This document shows positions 49,335-57,699 of a DNA stretch of 64,000 nt, piece by piece. The translations under genes were made by a program, and so were the position numbers. The DNA comes from Fibrobacteria bacterium (GTDB lineage Bacteria; Fibrobacterota; Fibrobacteria; UBA11236): NCBI GenBank assembly GCA_043732185.1, contig JAYTHY010000092.1, positions 1-64,000 on the forward strand. Direction: 5' to 3'. Every line of letters begins with the position of its first letter. The stretch's first letter is position 1. The notes beneath the pieces are model-generated. The model worked only from the letters and a program-made list of their open reading frames with translations, did no database searches and was not told where the DNA came from.

Positions 49335-49690
49335 TGCCCAGCAGTCCATTCCGAGGTAACCGAGGCGTAACTGGCTTTAGGCAGGGCGGAAGGTTTTTTG
49401 ATGGTGACTCTGCAATAGCTGATTTGGGGCCATTCGTCGGTGATTAAAATACAGGCCCGGGTGGCCAAGGTTTCAATCAGTTGGAATTTCTCCCTTTGCA
49501 TCCAAAGCTCCAACATATGCGCCAAGCGAGTATAGTCGATGGTGAGATCGATCCTGTCGGTATGCGCTGCTTCGCTGAAATCAAATTTTAGATTCAGATC
49601 GACCAGCAGGTCCTGCTCGATTTTGCGCTCTTGATTGTGCACACCGACAATACACCGGATACGTAAATCGTGAACATCCAAAACACCCAT
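49331..49690 (-). CDS. folB: Dihydroneopterin aldolase
   Basis: CIVGVHNQER..EQ, TIDY, FQLIETLA, IKKPSA. Confidence 0.92.
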   Translation of the reverse strand: MGVLDVHDLRIRCIVGVHNQERKIEQDLLVDLNLKFDFSEAAHTDRIDLTIDYTRLAHMLELWMQREKFQLIETLATRACILITDEWPQISYCRVTIKKPSALPKASYASVTSEWTAGQ

Positions 49691-50577
49691 CAGGTTGCCT
49701 CACTTTCCAGGATTTTTTCCAAGAGCGATCGCGTTGGACCATTCAAAGCCAAGCCCATGGCCTCACGCGGCGCGACCCAAAGATACGCTTCACTTTCATA
49801 ATTCAGCTTTACGTGTGGTTGAGAACCGACGACCTTGGCTGTATAGTTGACCAGTAAAAAATGCCGTGGCCGATAAAACTCGGGATGCTCAATGCAGTCA
49901 TGAATCATCACGAAACGCACGTCTTCAATGTCCAATCCGGTTTCTTCCTTGATTTCCCGGACAAAGGCAGCCTGCATGGATTCTCCATATTCGATTTTCC
50001 CGCCAGGTATGCCATATAGATTGGACCATTTACGCGTACGCACCAGCAAGGCTTTCCCTTGGTCGTCAAAAATAAGCCCCCCAACCGTTGCCACCGGAAA
50101 GTGCCGACTTTCCACAAACGCCATTTTATTGAGGTAGCGCAACAATTCCGGAAAGGAATTGAAAAGCATATCCGGTTCCGAGGCAGACAATTCAGCAGCT
50201 GGGGTATGCCCATAGGCAACCGCCAGGGATTGCACACCGGCGGCTTTGGCGGCTAGGATGTCCTGCGGCATGTCTCCCACCGCCACGGTTTCATCCTGGC
50301 TTAATCCCAGGTCTTTAATTAGGATCGGTAATGCGGAGACTTTGTCAACCACCGAGCCATACACACTCTGGAAATACTGTCTCACTTCCAGCAGATTCAA
50401 GGACTCTTCCAGCAGGGATTGGTTTATTCTTGAGACCAAAAAAAGTTTGTGGTTGCAGGCCAGACAGGCCAATCCTTCGCGCACACCCGGCAATAATGCA
50501 AACTGCGTGGGTGAGGCCCTTAGGGATAGCCCTTGATCCGCTGCCAAGGTGCCGGCCCAATCCAGAATAATATTCAT
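49690..50577 (-). CDS. HAD-phosphatase-like and Nudix hydrolase fusion
   Basis: HAD motifs DWAGT, LVS, K, VGDMPQD; complete Nudix box GKIEYGESMQAAFVREIKEETGL. Confidence 0.9.
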   Translation of the reverse strand: MNIILDWAGTLAADQGLSLRASPTQFALLPGVREGLACLACNHKLFLVSRINQSLLEESLNLLEVRQYFQSVYGSVVDKVSALPILIKDLGLSQDETVAVGDMPQDILAAKAAGVQSLAVAYGHTPAAELSASEPDMLFNSFPELLRYLNKMAFVESRHFPVATVGGLIFDDQGKALLVRTRKWSNLYGIPGGKIEYGESMQAAFVREIKEETGLDIEDVRFVMIHDCIEHPEFYRPRHFLLVNYTAKVVGSQPHVKLNYESEAYLWVAPREAMGLALNGPTRSLLEKILESEAT

Positions 50578-51173
50578 CGGCTTTGCGCGAGTAGATTCAA
50601 TGCGTTTTCAATGCGGTAGTGAAGCGATCGAGATTCCAATAAACGTTGCAGATAAATAGGCGGGAGGTGCAGGCACCCACATAAAAACAGGGAATAATTC
50701 TCGCGATCCATATCCGCGCGCAGCCCGGCCATCACTTCAAGGACGCCCTGACTTTCTTCAGGACCCAATACTATGGCCATTTTCAGTATTTCCGCTTCAA
50801 GTAGCGGAAGCTTGTCTGCGGCACCAGAAATCTCGGGTTCATCCCGATATTCCGAGCATTCTGCTGCCAGGTACACGTGCGATTCACGATTGAAGGCGTC
50901 CAAATACACCCGATGCAATCCCCGAGGTTTGATGAATTGAAAATCACCTTGTCGCTGAATGGATTCCACCTCCACCAAACAGCCTACGCGATAGGGAGTC
51001 GCCTCGCTGCCAGCCTCCTCACCCGAGCTTATCAAGGAAATAACGAAGCGCGAGTCGCTTTCAATATCCCTGAGCATGCGGGAATACCGGTCCTCGAATA
51101 TCTTGAGGGGGATCTTATGCCCAGGGAAACACAGTGTTTTCAACGGAAATACGGGAAATTCCCCCAGACTCAT
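50574..51173 (-). CDS. Stand-alone LON substrate-binding domain protein
   Basis: PVFPL...FPG..IPLKIFEDRY..M, QRLLE; ATGA overlap with the HAD-Nudix gene. Confidence 0.88.
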   Translation of the reverse strand: MSLGEFPVFPLKTLCFPGHKIPLKIFEDRYSRMLRDIESDSRFVISLISSGEEAGSEATPYRVGCLVEVESIQRQGDFQFIKPRGLHRVYLDAFNRESHVYLAAECSEYRDEPEISGAADKLPLLEAEILKMAIVLGPEESQGVLEVMAGLRADMDRENYSLFLCGCLHLPPIYLQRLLESRSLHYRIENALNLLAQSR

Positions 51174-51248
51174 GCTGCAAATATAACACGAAAACCGGTC
51201 TAGTACTATTGCGGATTTCCTTTGGGCTTCTTGTTAGATTATGCTGCA

Positions 51249-52412
51249 ATGTCGCGTACTGTCTGGCTTGGGTTTTTACTTCTTTGCGCTGTGCAAGCGT
51301 CCAAGGCTGAAAATTTGGATGGTCTCAACCAGGCCCAGGGTGTCAACTTAAGCTTGGAAGAAGGCTTTGGGGCTCGCCCAGCCGGAATGGCGATTGGTTT
51401 CGCGGGATTCCAGCGGGATGCCGACGCCGTGGCCAATGCTCCAGCCTCCATGAATGACATCGATGACTTTACCTTTTCTACCGCGCATGCGGAAAAATTC
51501 GGGTCAGCAAAATTCGATGACTTCGCGTTTCTCTTACCGTTCCAAACGAACAGCACTTTGGGTCTGGGCATTTCCAGGTACGGAGTCAGTGGCATAGATT
51601 TGCGTCCTGAAGGGACTTCGGTCCAACAGTCGCAGCCTACGGAATTGTTCTCCGTTGCCGATTATTTGGTAGTGGCCGCATTTTCCAGGCGCTGGGGAGG
51701 CCTGGATGTGGGCATGAATTTCAACCTGCTCTACCGCCAACTCGACCAAGACGGAATCGGCATGCGCGGTGACGCCATGGCGCAATACACCTGGGGAGGA
51801 TGGTTGCGTGTAAATGCGTTGATAAAGGGTCTGGTTCCTTCTTCTACATCCTGGGAATCCGGGTATAAAGAATATGAACCTTCCGATATATACCTAGGGG
51901 CTGCCGCGCGAGTGCCCACCCCTTATTTTTACGGCTCCCTGCAATTAGCCGCACAAACGGAAGGATTGTTCCAGAACCAGGCCAAATCCATCAACTCCCT
52001 GCAGGGATCGCGAATTTATACCGACCCTCAGGAAATCTTGGCCACCATGAATCTCGGGCTGGAATATCTTTTTGATTTTGGCCTGTCTTGCCGCTTTGGA
52101 GTGAATGAATTCGCCCTCTCTAAATCGATTTCCTCGCTAACAACTTTTGGTATCGGATATACTTGGCACAAAACTCTGGGGTTGGATTATAGCTTTACTC
52201 CCCATCCTGATCTCCTGTCCACGCACCGAGTTTCTTTGCAGTTCACTCCGGTTTTTCCCAAATTCAGCGGTCGAAATTTCCGGCCGAAATTGCTGCCCCA
52301 CTCTACCCCACCAGCGGCAACGCAATCCGAATCCTCTCTAGTTCCGGCAATCGACAAATCTAAACCCGCTGGCGGAAAAGAAATACTCGAGGAAGAGGAA
52401 GAGTCTCCCTAA
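51249..52412 (+). CDS. PorV/UPF0164-like outer-membrane protein
   Basis: Signal peptide; GFGARPAGMA...DADAVANAPA; LDYSF...LLSTHRVSL. Confidence 0.8.
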   Translation: MSRTVWLGFLLLCAVQASKAENLDGLNQAQGVNLSLEEGFGARPAGMAIGFAGFQRDADAVANAPASMNDIDDFTFSTAHAEKFGSAKFDDFAFLLPFQTNSTLGLGISRYGVSGIDLRPEGTSVQQSQPTELFSVADYLVVAAFSRRWGGLDVGMNFNLLYRQLDQDGIGMRGDAMAQYTWGGWLRVNALIKGLVPSSTSWESGYKEYEPSDIYLGAAARVPTPYFYGSLQLAAQTEGLFQNQAKSINSLQGSRIYTDPQEILATMNLGLEYLFDFGLSCRFGVNEFALSKSISSLTTFGIGYTWHKTLGLDYSFTPHPDLLSTHRVSLQFTPVFPKFSGRNFRPKLLPHSTPPAATQSESSLVPAIDKSKPAGGKEILEEEEESP

Positions 52413-52484
52413 GGGATTCCATACAAACACCTTGGATAGCTCCAAATTCTGCTCAAATGCGATGCTTGGCTTGGGCCGGCCTGC

Positions 52485-52961
52485 TCAGACCAGGGCTTCC
52501 TGATATTTTTCCAAACTTGGAACGATTTTCATCACACGATCTAAATCCATAATTTGCAAACTCTCCAGGGTGGCAGGCTCTGCGGCAATGATGAAAATAG
52601 GTTTGCCGTGGATGGAAAGCGATTGCATAGTTCTAACCAACAAGCCGATTAGGCTGCTGTTGAGGTGGGCAGAATTGCGAAATTCAAATGCAATAGAGTC
52701 GGTTTCCAGCATGGATAGTTCATCGATTTGAGCTCTTAACGCTTCCAATTCCTCTACTTTATGGGCTGGGCCAAGCACAGAAAAAAGCACGTGTCTCCCC
52801 TGCCTAGCCAACTTAAAGTGGCCCACATTAAGCGCCTGCGTCTGGGATGGCACCTGACAATTTGGACAGGCATTCTGTCCCGATAGGGATCCCGTATAAA
52901 CCTGCCCGCAAGCCCGGCACTTGTGAAACTTAACTGTTGGGAAATCTTCTTCGTTTCTCAA
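52485..52961 (-). CDS. Zn-ribbon plus STAS (anti-anti-sigma-like) protein
   Basis: CRAC...CPNC; HLNSSLIGLLV, LQIMDLDRVMKIV. Confidence 0.8.
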   Translation of the reverse strand: MRNEEDFPTVKFHKCRACGQVYTGSLSGQNACPNCQVPSQTQALNVGHFKLARQGRHVLFSVLGPAHKVEELEALRAQIDELSMLETDSIAFEFRNSAHLNSSLIGLLVRTMQSLSIHGKPIFIIAAEPATLESLQIMDLDRVMKIVPSLEKYQEALV

Positions 52962-53181
52962 AGCGGTTTGCTCCGTTCATTAAAAAAATTTAAGGGTTCG
53001 AGCTGGTAAGCCACTATACCCCTACTAAATGGCCAAACCAAGCCAAAAACACAATTTTTTCCCCTAAATATACTTTGCCTAATGAATAATTTTGTAACTT
53101 TTTGGCTATCTGTCGCGAACATTCCCTATCTAGGGCAGGGCATGGTCTACCCGATATTAAGGGTAATACCCGGGGGTACTT

Positions 53182-55560
53182 ATCAAATTTGATATTCGTT
53201 CTGTAGGTATTTTCGACGTCGTTTCCGCCCGGCTGGGCGATACCGAAGTTTTCGACTCCGCCAAACTCAAGAACACGGTTCGATTCCTAATTGAAAACGA
53301 CATGAGAAATGTCGTCATCGATCTCGGTAACCTTGAGTATCTCTACAGCGATACTATCAATGCGTTCATCGCATCGAATCGGCATATGCTGGAGGTGAGC
53401 GGACGCATCGCAATCCTGACAGAACATCCCAAGGTACAAGATATTCTCAAACGCGCCGGCTTAGACAACATCATGCGTATCTACCGCTCGGAAGCGGAAA
53501 TGATTGCGGACTCGAAAGAAATCCTTCGACAAACCTCCAGCTATCGCATCGAAGAATTACAGAAATTTTCAAATCAGGAGCCGGAGCAACCACAAATTCC
53601 CCGCACGGAATTCGATGATTTCAAAGCCGAAATGGGCCAACGCCTCAGTACCAAGCTCGATAATAATGAGCTTCCTCAGTACCAGCTTGGTACCCAACCC
53701 AGTTCCAATCCTGGTATTCCTCCACAGCCGCCCCGCGATGCAAATGCCGCATACCCCACCTTTCTCGCGCCAAAATTTCCTGCGCCGCAGCTTCCGGATG
53801 CCCCTTCACAAAATTATCTCCAAGGCCAAAAACCACCGGCGTACGATCCCTATAACACTCAGGCTCCAGGAAACGCTGGTCCAACTTTTACGCCGCCGCC
53901 TCCCCCGAACTTCAATCAAGGTCCGGCAAACTTTGATTACCCTACCGTGCAGTTGCCAGTAGGTCAGTTTGGGGCATCTACACCACAACCTCCTACGCCG
54001 CCTGTGCAAAATCCTTCCGATCAGGGCTACACCACCCAAGAACCCAGAGAAGAAAATGGCCCTGTCGATCCACGTCAGCGTATGCCAGCTCAGGATAGAA
54101 TGCGCAGTCCGAATTCACGGAGACCACCTGGCCGAAGGGCTGGAGGTCGAGATTTCCAGGAGCAGGATGAACAGCAGGAAGTCCAGGCCCCATTAGGTCG
54201 AGTTGAGGAAAAAATTCCTACGCCTTCAATGCGGGAACCGGAAAGGCAGCCCCCTGTAGATTTGCCTCCACTGCATACAGAAAACCTGGCGGAAGAATCG
54301 CATTTTTTTGCCAAGCTCATTGTCGCCATTCTCCTGCTCGCAGCAGTAGGTGGCGGATACCTGTTCTTTACCGGAAAAATCGGTACGTTTACTGTCCCAG
54401 CGAACTCAACGCCAGTTATTCCTGAAGCGACCGTACCACCCCCAATCGATGAGCCATCGCTCCCACCTACTGAACCTCTGCCGCCACTCGTTACGGAGCC
54501 AGTGGCTCCAAGTACGGCCGTTCAAACGCCGACGCAAGTCCCCGCCGCCAAGCAGCCAGTCAGCAAAAAACCACCTGTAGCAAAAACTGCCGAAATTCCG
54601 AAGCCGGTAAGGGAACCGGCAAAAGCCGTTGCGCCGCCTGCTGAAGAGCCCTCCCAGGTAACACCGTTGGTACCGGTATCCAAGCATGTCGCAGCTCCTG
54701 TCGCCACCCCAAAACCGGTCAAAACGACTGCCCACGTTAAACCAGTAAAAGCAGCTAAGCCGGAAAAAGTTGAAAAGCCGGCTGCTCAACCGAAAGTGGC
54801 TAAAGAACCTGAACAAAGCGAAATGACGGCCGGTCTACATATTACCAGCAATCCGCCGGGTGCAGAAGTTCTCATCAATTTTTCCAAACGCGGAAACACT
54901 CCGTTAGACATTACACTCACGAACAATTCCAATAAAATTATAGTGCGACTGCCGGGTTACAAAAGGTATGAGGTTACCTTACCCAAAAACCACCCGGATC
55001 ATGAGCTGGACATCGACTTGGAAAAGGAAGAGTCTTCGGAACCTAAGGCTGTCACTAAACAAGAACCGAAACAAGAATCAAAACCAGAACCCAAGGCAGA
55101 ACCTAAACAAGAACCAAAGGTAATTGCTAAGCCGGAACCAAAAATCATTGCCAAGCCAGAACCAAAACCAGAGCCCAAAGTCATTGCCAAGCCCGAGCCC
55201 AAAGTGGAAAAGAAACCCACTCCCGAGCCCGAACATGAAAAATATCAGGAGCCCGAAGACCTACCTGTAGCCAAAGCCAAGCCTGAAAAGGCTGAGCGGG
55301 CGCCAACTCCAGCCGTTTCACGGCCAGAGCCAGAGGCACCGACTGGAGATGGACCGATTGGAATCATTTTCCTTTCTAGCAGCCCCGCTCGCGCAAATAT
55401 TATTATCGATGGAAAGGATACCGGTAAACTAACACCCGCCAAACTAGAGTTGCCTTCCGGAAGCCACCGCATTGAAATGTCCCTCAAGGGCCAAAAGAAT
55501 TCGGTGACTCAAATCGTAAATGAAGGAAAGAACAAGGCCGTCCATTTGACCTTGCAATAA
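53182..55560 (+). CDS. STAS - Pro-rich linker - TM - Pro-rich linker - two PEGA domains; start probably upstream of ATG 53302
   Basis: VVIDLGNLEYLYS (STAS); TM LIVAILLLAAVGGGYLFF; PEGA ITSNPPGAEV...GNTP and LSSSPARANIIIDG...TP. The frame is open 40 codons upstream of the ATG with STAS-like sequence. Confidence 0.85.
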   Translation: MKFDIRSVGIFDVVSARLGDTEVFDSAKLKNTVRFLIENDMRNVVIDLGNLEYLYSDTINAFIASNRHMLEVSGRIAILTEHPKVQDILKRAGLDNIMRIYRSEAEMIADSKEILRQTSSYRIEELQKFSNQEPEQPQIPRTEFDDFKAEMGQRLSTKLDNNELPQYQLGTQPSSNPGIPPQPPRDANAAYPTFLAPKFPAPQLPDAPSQNYLQGQKPPAYDPYNTQAPGNAGPTFTPPPPPNFNQGPANFDYPTVQLPVGQFGASTPQPPTPPVQNPSDQGYTTQEPREENGPVDPRQRMPAQDRMRSPNSRRPPGRRAGGRDFQEQDEQQEVQAPLGRVEEKIPTPSMREPERQPPVDLPPLHTENLAEESHFFAKLIVAILLLAAVGGGYLFFTGKIGTFTVPANSTPVIPEATVPPPIDEPSLPPTEPLPPLVTEPVAPSTAVQTPTQVPAAKQPVSKKPPVAKTAEIPKPVREPAKAVAPPAEEPSQVTPLVPVSKHVAAPVATPKPVKTTAHVKPVKAAKPEKVEKPAAQPKVAKEPEQSEMTAGLHITSNPPGAEVLINFSKRGNTPLDITLTNNSNKIIVRLPGYKRYEVTLPKNHPDHELDIDLEKEESSEPKAVTKQEPKQESKPEPKAEPKQEPKVIAKPEPKIIAKPEPKPEPKVIAKPEPKVEKKPTPEPEHEKYQEPEDLPVAKAKPEKAERAPTPAVSRPEPEAPTGDGPIGIIFLSSSPARANIIIDGKDTGKLTPAKLELPSGSHRIEMSLKGQKNSVTQIVNEGKNKAVHLTLQ
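55039..55233 (+). repeat. TonB-like EPK / (V/I)IAKPEPK coding repeats
   Basis: EPKAVTKQEPKQESKPEPKAEPKQEPKVIAKPEPKIIAKPEPKPEPKVIAKPEPKVEKKPTPEPE. Confidence 0.85.
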
Positions 55561-55563
55561 TCG

Positions 55564-56586
55564 GTGAAACTGTCCCATAGGGATTTTCGGCCACAAAAAC
55601 GTTTTAAGTACGTCGCTCAGCCTTCTAAGCGACGGCCTACTATTCGAATTTTGGTGCTGGTTGCTTTCGGTGTCCTTGTCTATCTCAAATTTGATAGCGT
55701 ATTCTCCTCTAAAATCGCGCAGTCCGTGCTTCACCCGGGACGCTTATTTACCGGTTTAAAAAATCCTTCAGACCGTTTAGCCGTTACCCCTAACGTCATT
55801 GCCGGTACTCAAACGTCTCCTAACCCGTCCCTAAACCTACGGTGGTCTACGGATTCACTGCAAGTGGATTTGTTATGCCCTACAGATAATGTGAAGGAAT
55901 GTTTGCGTTCCGCTCAGGGCTTGGATTCCAGCTTAGCCGGGAACCTGCGGGGATTGATTCACAAAGTGGCGTTACAGTGGAACAGAACCCCGTTAAAGGG
56001 GTTTTCGGTTCACTTCATCAGTGACACCGCATCACGTGATACTCCCATTCGCTTCGCCTTGCAAAGCCTAGAATTCATGTCGAGCGAAGGGCCTTTGATA
56101 CTCAATCGAAAGGTAACGGGAACAAGTAATCAGTACTGTTCTGCCCGTAGCTGCTTGGACGACCTAACACCACAATTGCCAATTTGGGATTTCCATGGAC
56201 TGCAATCGACTTTGCAACATCCTGTGGGTGTGCGATACACTGCGCTGGCTCCTTCGGTTTTTCATCCTATGCTGGCTGGACAAGTAGTGTTCATTGATTC
56301 ACAAGCCCAACGATTAAAAATGTACCACGGGCACAATATTTTTTCTGATTATGCTGGGTCTATAAAATTGTCCTTAAATCTTAAGGTGGGCAGTAAAGTT
56401 GAGGCGCAGGATACCTTGGGAATCGCGGGCGTGGAAGGCGATTCACTTTCCGGCCTCATATTTCATATTGAAAAAAATGGACTGTACCTGGATCCAAGGG
56501 ATTTTATTCCGACGCCGGGTCTTGCCGTCCATGCGGATAATGCGGAAGTCTCTTTAGGAAAGGCAGTCGTGGCAAATGGGCAATGA
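55564..56586 (+). CDS. Membrane-anchored protein with degenerate M23/LytM-like C-terminal domain
   Basis: N-terminal TM; AGQVVF...YHG....SDY...KVGSKV...LG..G...LIFHIEKNG..LDP..FI. Confidence 0.7.
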   Translation: MKLSHRDFRPQKRFKYVAQPSKRRPTIRILVLVAFGVLVYLKFDSVFSSKIAQSVLHPGRLFTGLKNPSDRLAVTPNVIAGTQTSPNPSLNLRWSTDSLQVDLLCPTDNVKECLRSAQGLDSSLAGNLRGLIHKVALQWNRTPLKGFSVHFISDTASRDTPIRFALQSLEFMSSEGPLILNRKVTGTSNQYCSARSCLDDLTPQLPIWDFHGLQSTLQHPVGVRYTALAPSVFHPMLAGQVVFIDSQAQRLKMYHGHNIFSDYAGSIKLSLNLKVGSKVEAQDTLGIAGVEGDSLSGLIFHIEKNGLYLDPRDFIPTPGLAVHADNAEVSLGKAVVANGQ

Positions 56587-56920
56587 TCTTCGCATGGCTT
56601 ACCTGGAAATGCGAAAGGCTGGAAAAGATCGATTCCCACCGCAATGCTGGGAATACCTTTATCGTTTTGTCTTTCAAGCTTCGCTGAACGGCAAGGATTT
56701 TCAGCATCTTTCCGCACGCGATCTTTGCCCCGCGTTTTCTGCTCAAGTTCGCACGGATTTTGGGGAAATGACCGGCCAAATCCTGGAACACTGGGGGCTT
56801 CAGTCTTATGGTGATCTTGGCCATGCCATCTTCCTATTGGCGGAATACAACTGTTTCAAACTCAATTCCACGGACAATTTGGAGGAATACATTGCGGCCG
56901 GCCCAATTCACTTTGCTTAA
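56576..56920 (+). CDS. Minf_1886-family protein
   Basis: RFPPQCWEYL, HLSARDLC...DFGEMTGQILEHWGL....DLG.AIF.L. Confidence 0.75.
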   Translation: MGNDLRMAYLEMRKAGKDRFPPQCWEYLYRFVFQASLNGKDFQHLSARDLCPAFSAQVRTDFGEMTGQILEHWGLQSYGDLGHAIFLLAEYNCFKLNSTDNLEEYIAAGPIHFA

Positions 56921-57638
56921 TGCATGCACGCTTTCCCTTTCTGCCCTGGCAATTATTTGGGCCGCGATTTTTTCCGGATGCGGACAGAGCACCTGGTCGG
57001 ACCGCCAACCTGCAATTGTTGAAGGCATCCGTGTCGATTCCCTTCGCTTTGTGCCCGCGCATTCTCGTTTCGTACTTCTCGATTCTGCTAGCAAAGTTCT
57101 TTTCAAAGGGTACCATGTCGGATACGGACTCCATGCCGGTTACGACTGCATCGAAATCCTAGACATGAAATTAGAATCACTTTCTAAAAGTCAGCCGGCC
57201 GCCTTTGGCCCTAAAACCAGAGTAAGGCTTCCAACTGGGGTGGATTGCCCCTTGGACACCGCCGGCCAGGACAGCCTGCTCACCTATGTATTTCCTGCCG
57301 GTGGGGATTCCATCATTCGACTCCGTAATTCTTCGGGTCGTTTAACCGATTCCGCCATGCTAGTTCGAGGCCGATTTTTCCAGGATAGCCTGAAGGGAAA
57401 ACCCTCCGGGGAAACACATGTATTCGCACAAGGGCACTGGAGCTTTTTGGATTCGACAGCAACAATTCGCCGTCGTTTATTTGTGGATTCACTGGGATGT
57501 AATGATTTTTTGAACCAGGGAACTTATGCCATTAAGTTGGATACCGTGAAGGTACGTGTTTCCTGGGTTACCCTGGATTCTCCGTGTCAGGGATCACCCC
57601 ATACACAAGAAATCGTACTGGAGCAGGCCACTTACTGA
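56913..57638 (+). CDS. Lipoprotein of unknown function
   Basis: Lipobox IFSGC; start placed at TTG 56913 (uncertain). Confidence 0.6.
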   Translation: MLNACTLSLSALAIIWAAIFSGCGQSTWSDRQPAIVEGIRVDSLRFVPAHSRFVLLDSASKVLFKGYHVGYGLHAGYDCIEILDMKLESLSKSQPAAFGPKTRVRLPTGVDCPLDTAGQDSLLTYVFPAGGDSIIRLRNSSGRLTDSAMLVRGRFFQDSLKGKPSGETHVFAQGHWSFLDSTATIRRRLFVDSLGCNDFLNQGTYAIKLDTVKVRVSWVTLDSPCQGSPHTQEIVLEQATY

Positions 57639-57699
57639 AACCCGGATGAATCGATTTCAGTAAGCCCTGCCGGCAATCGTGACTACTAGGAGTGAGCAA

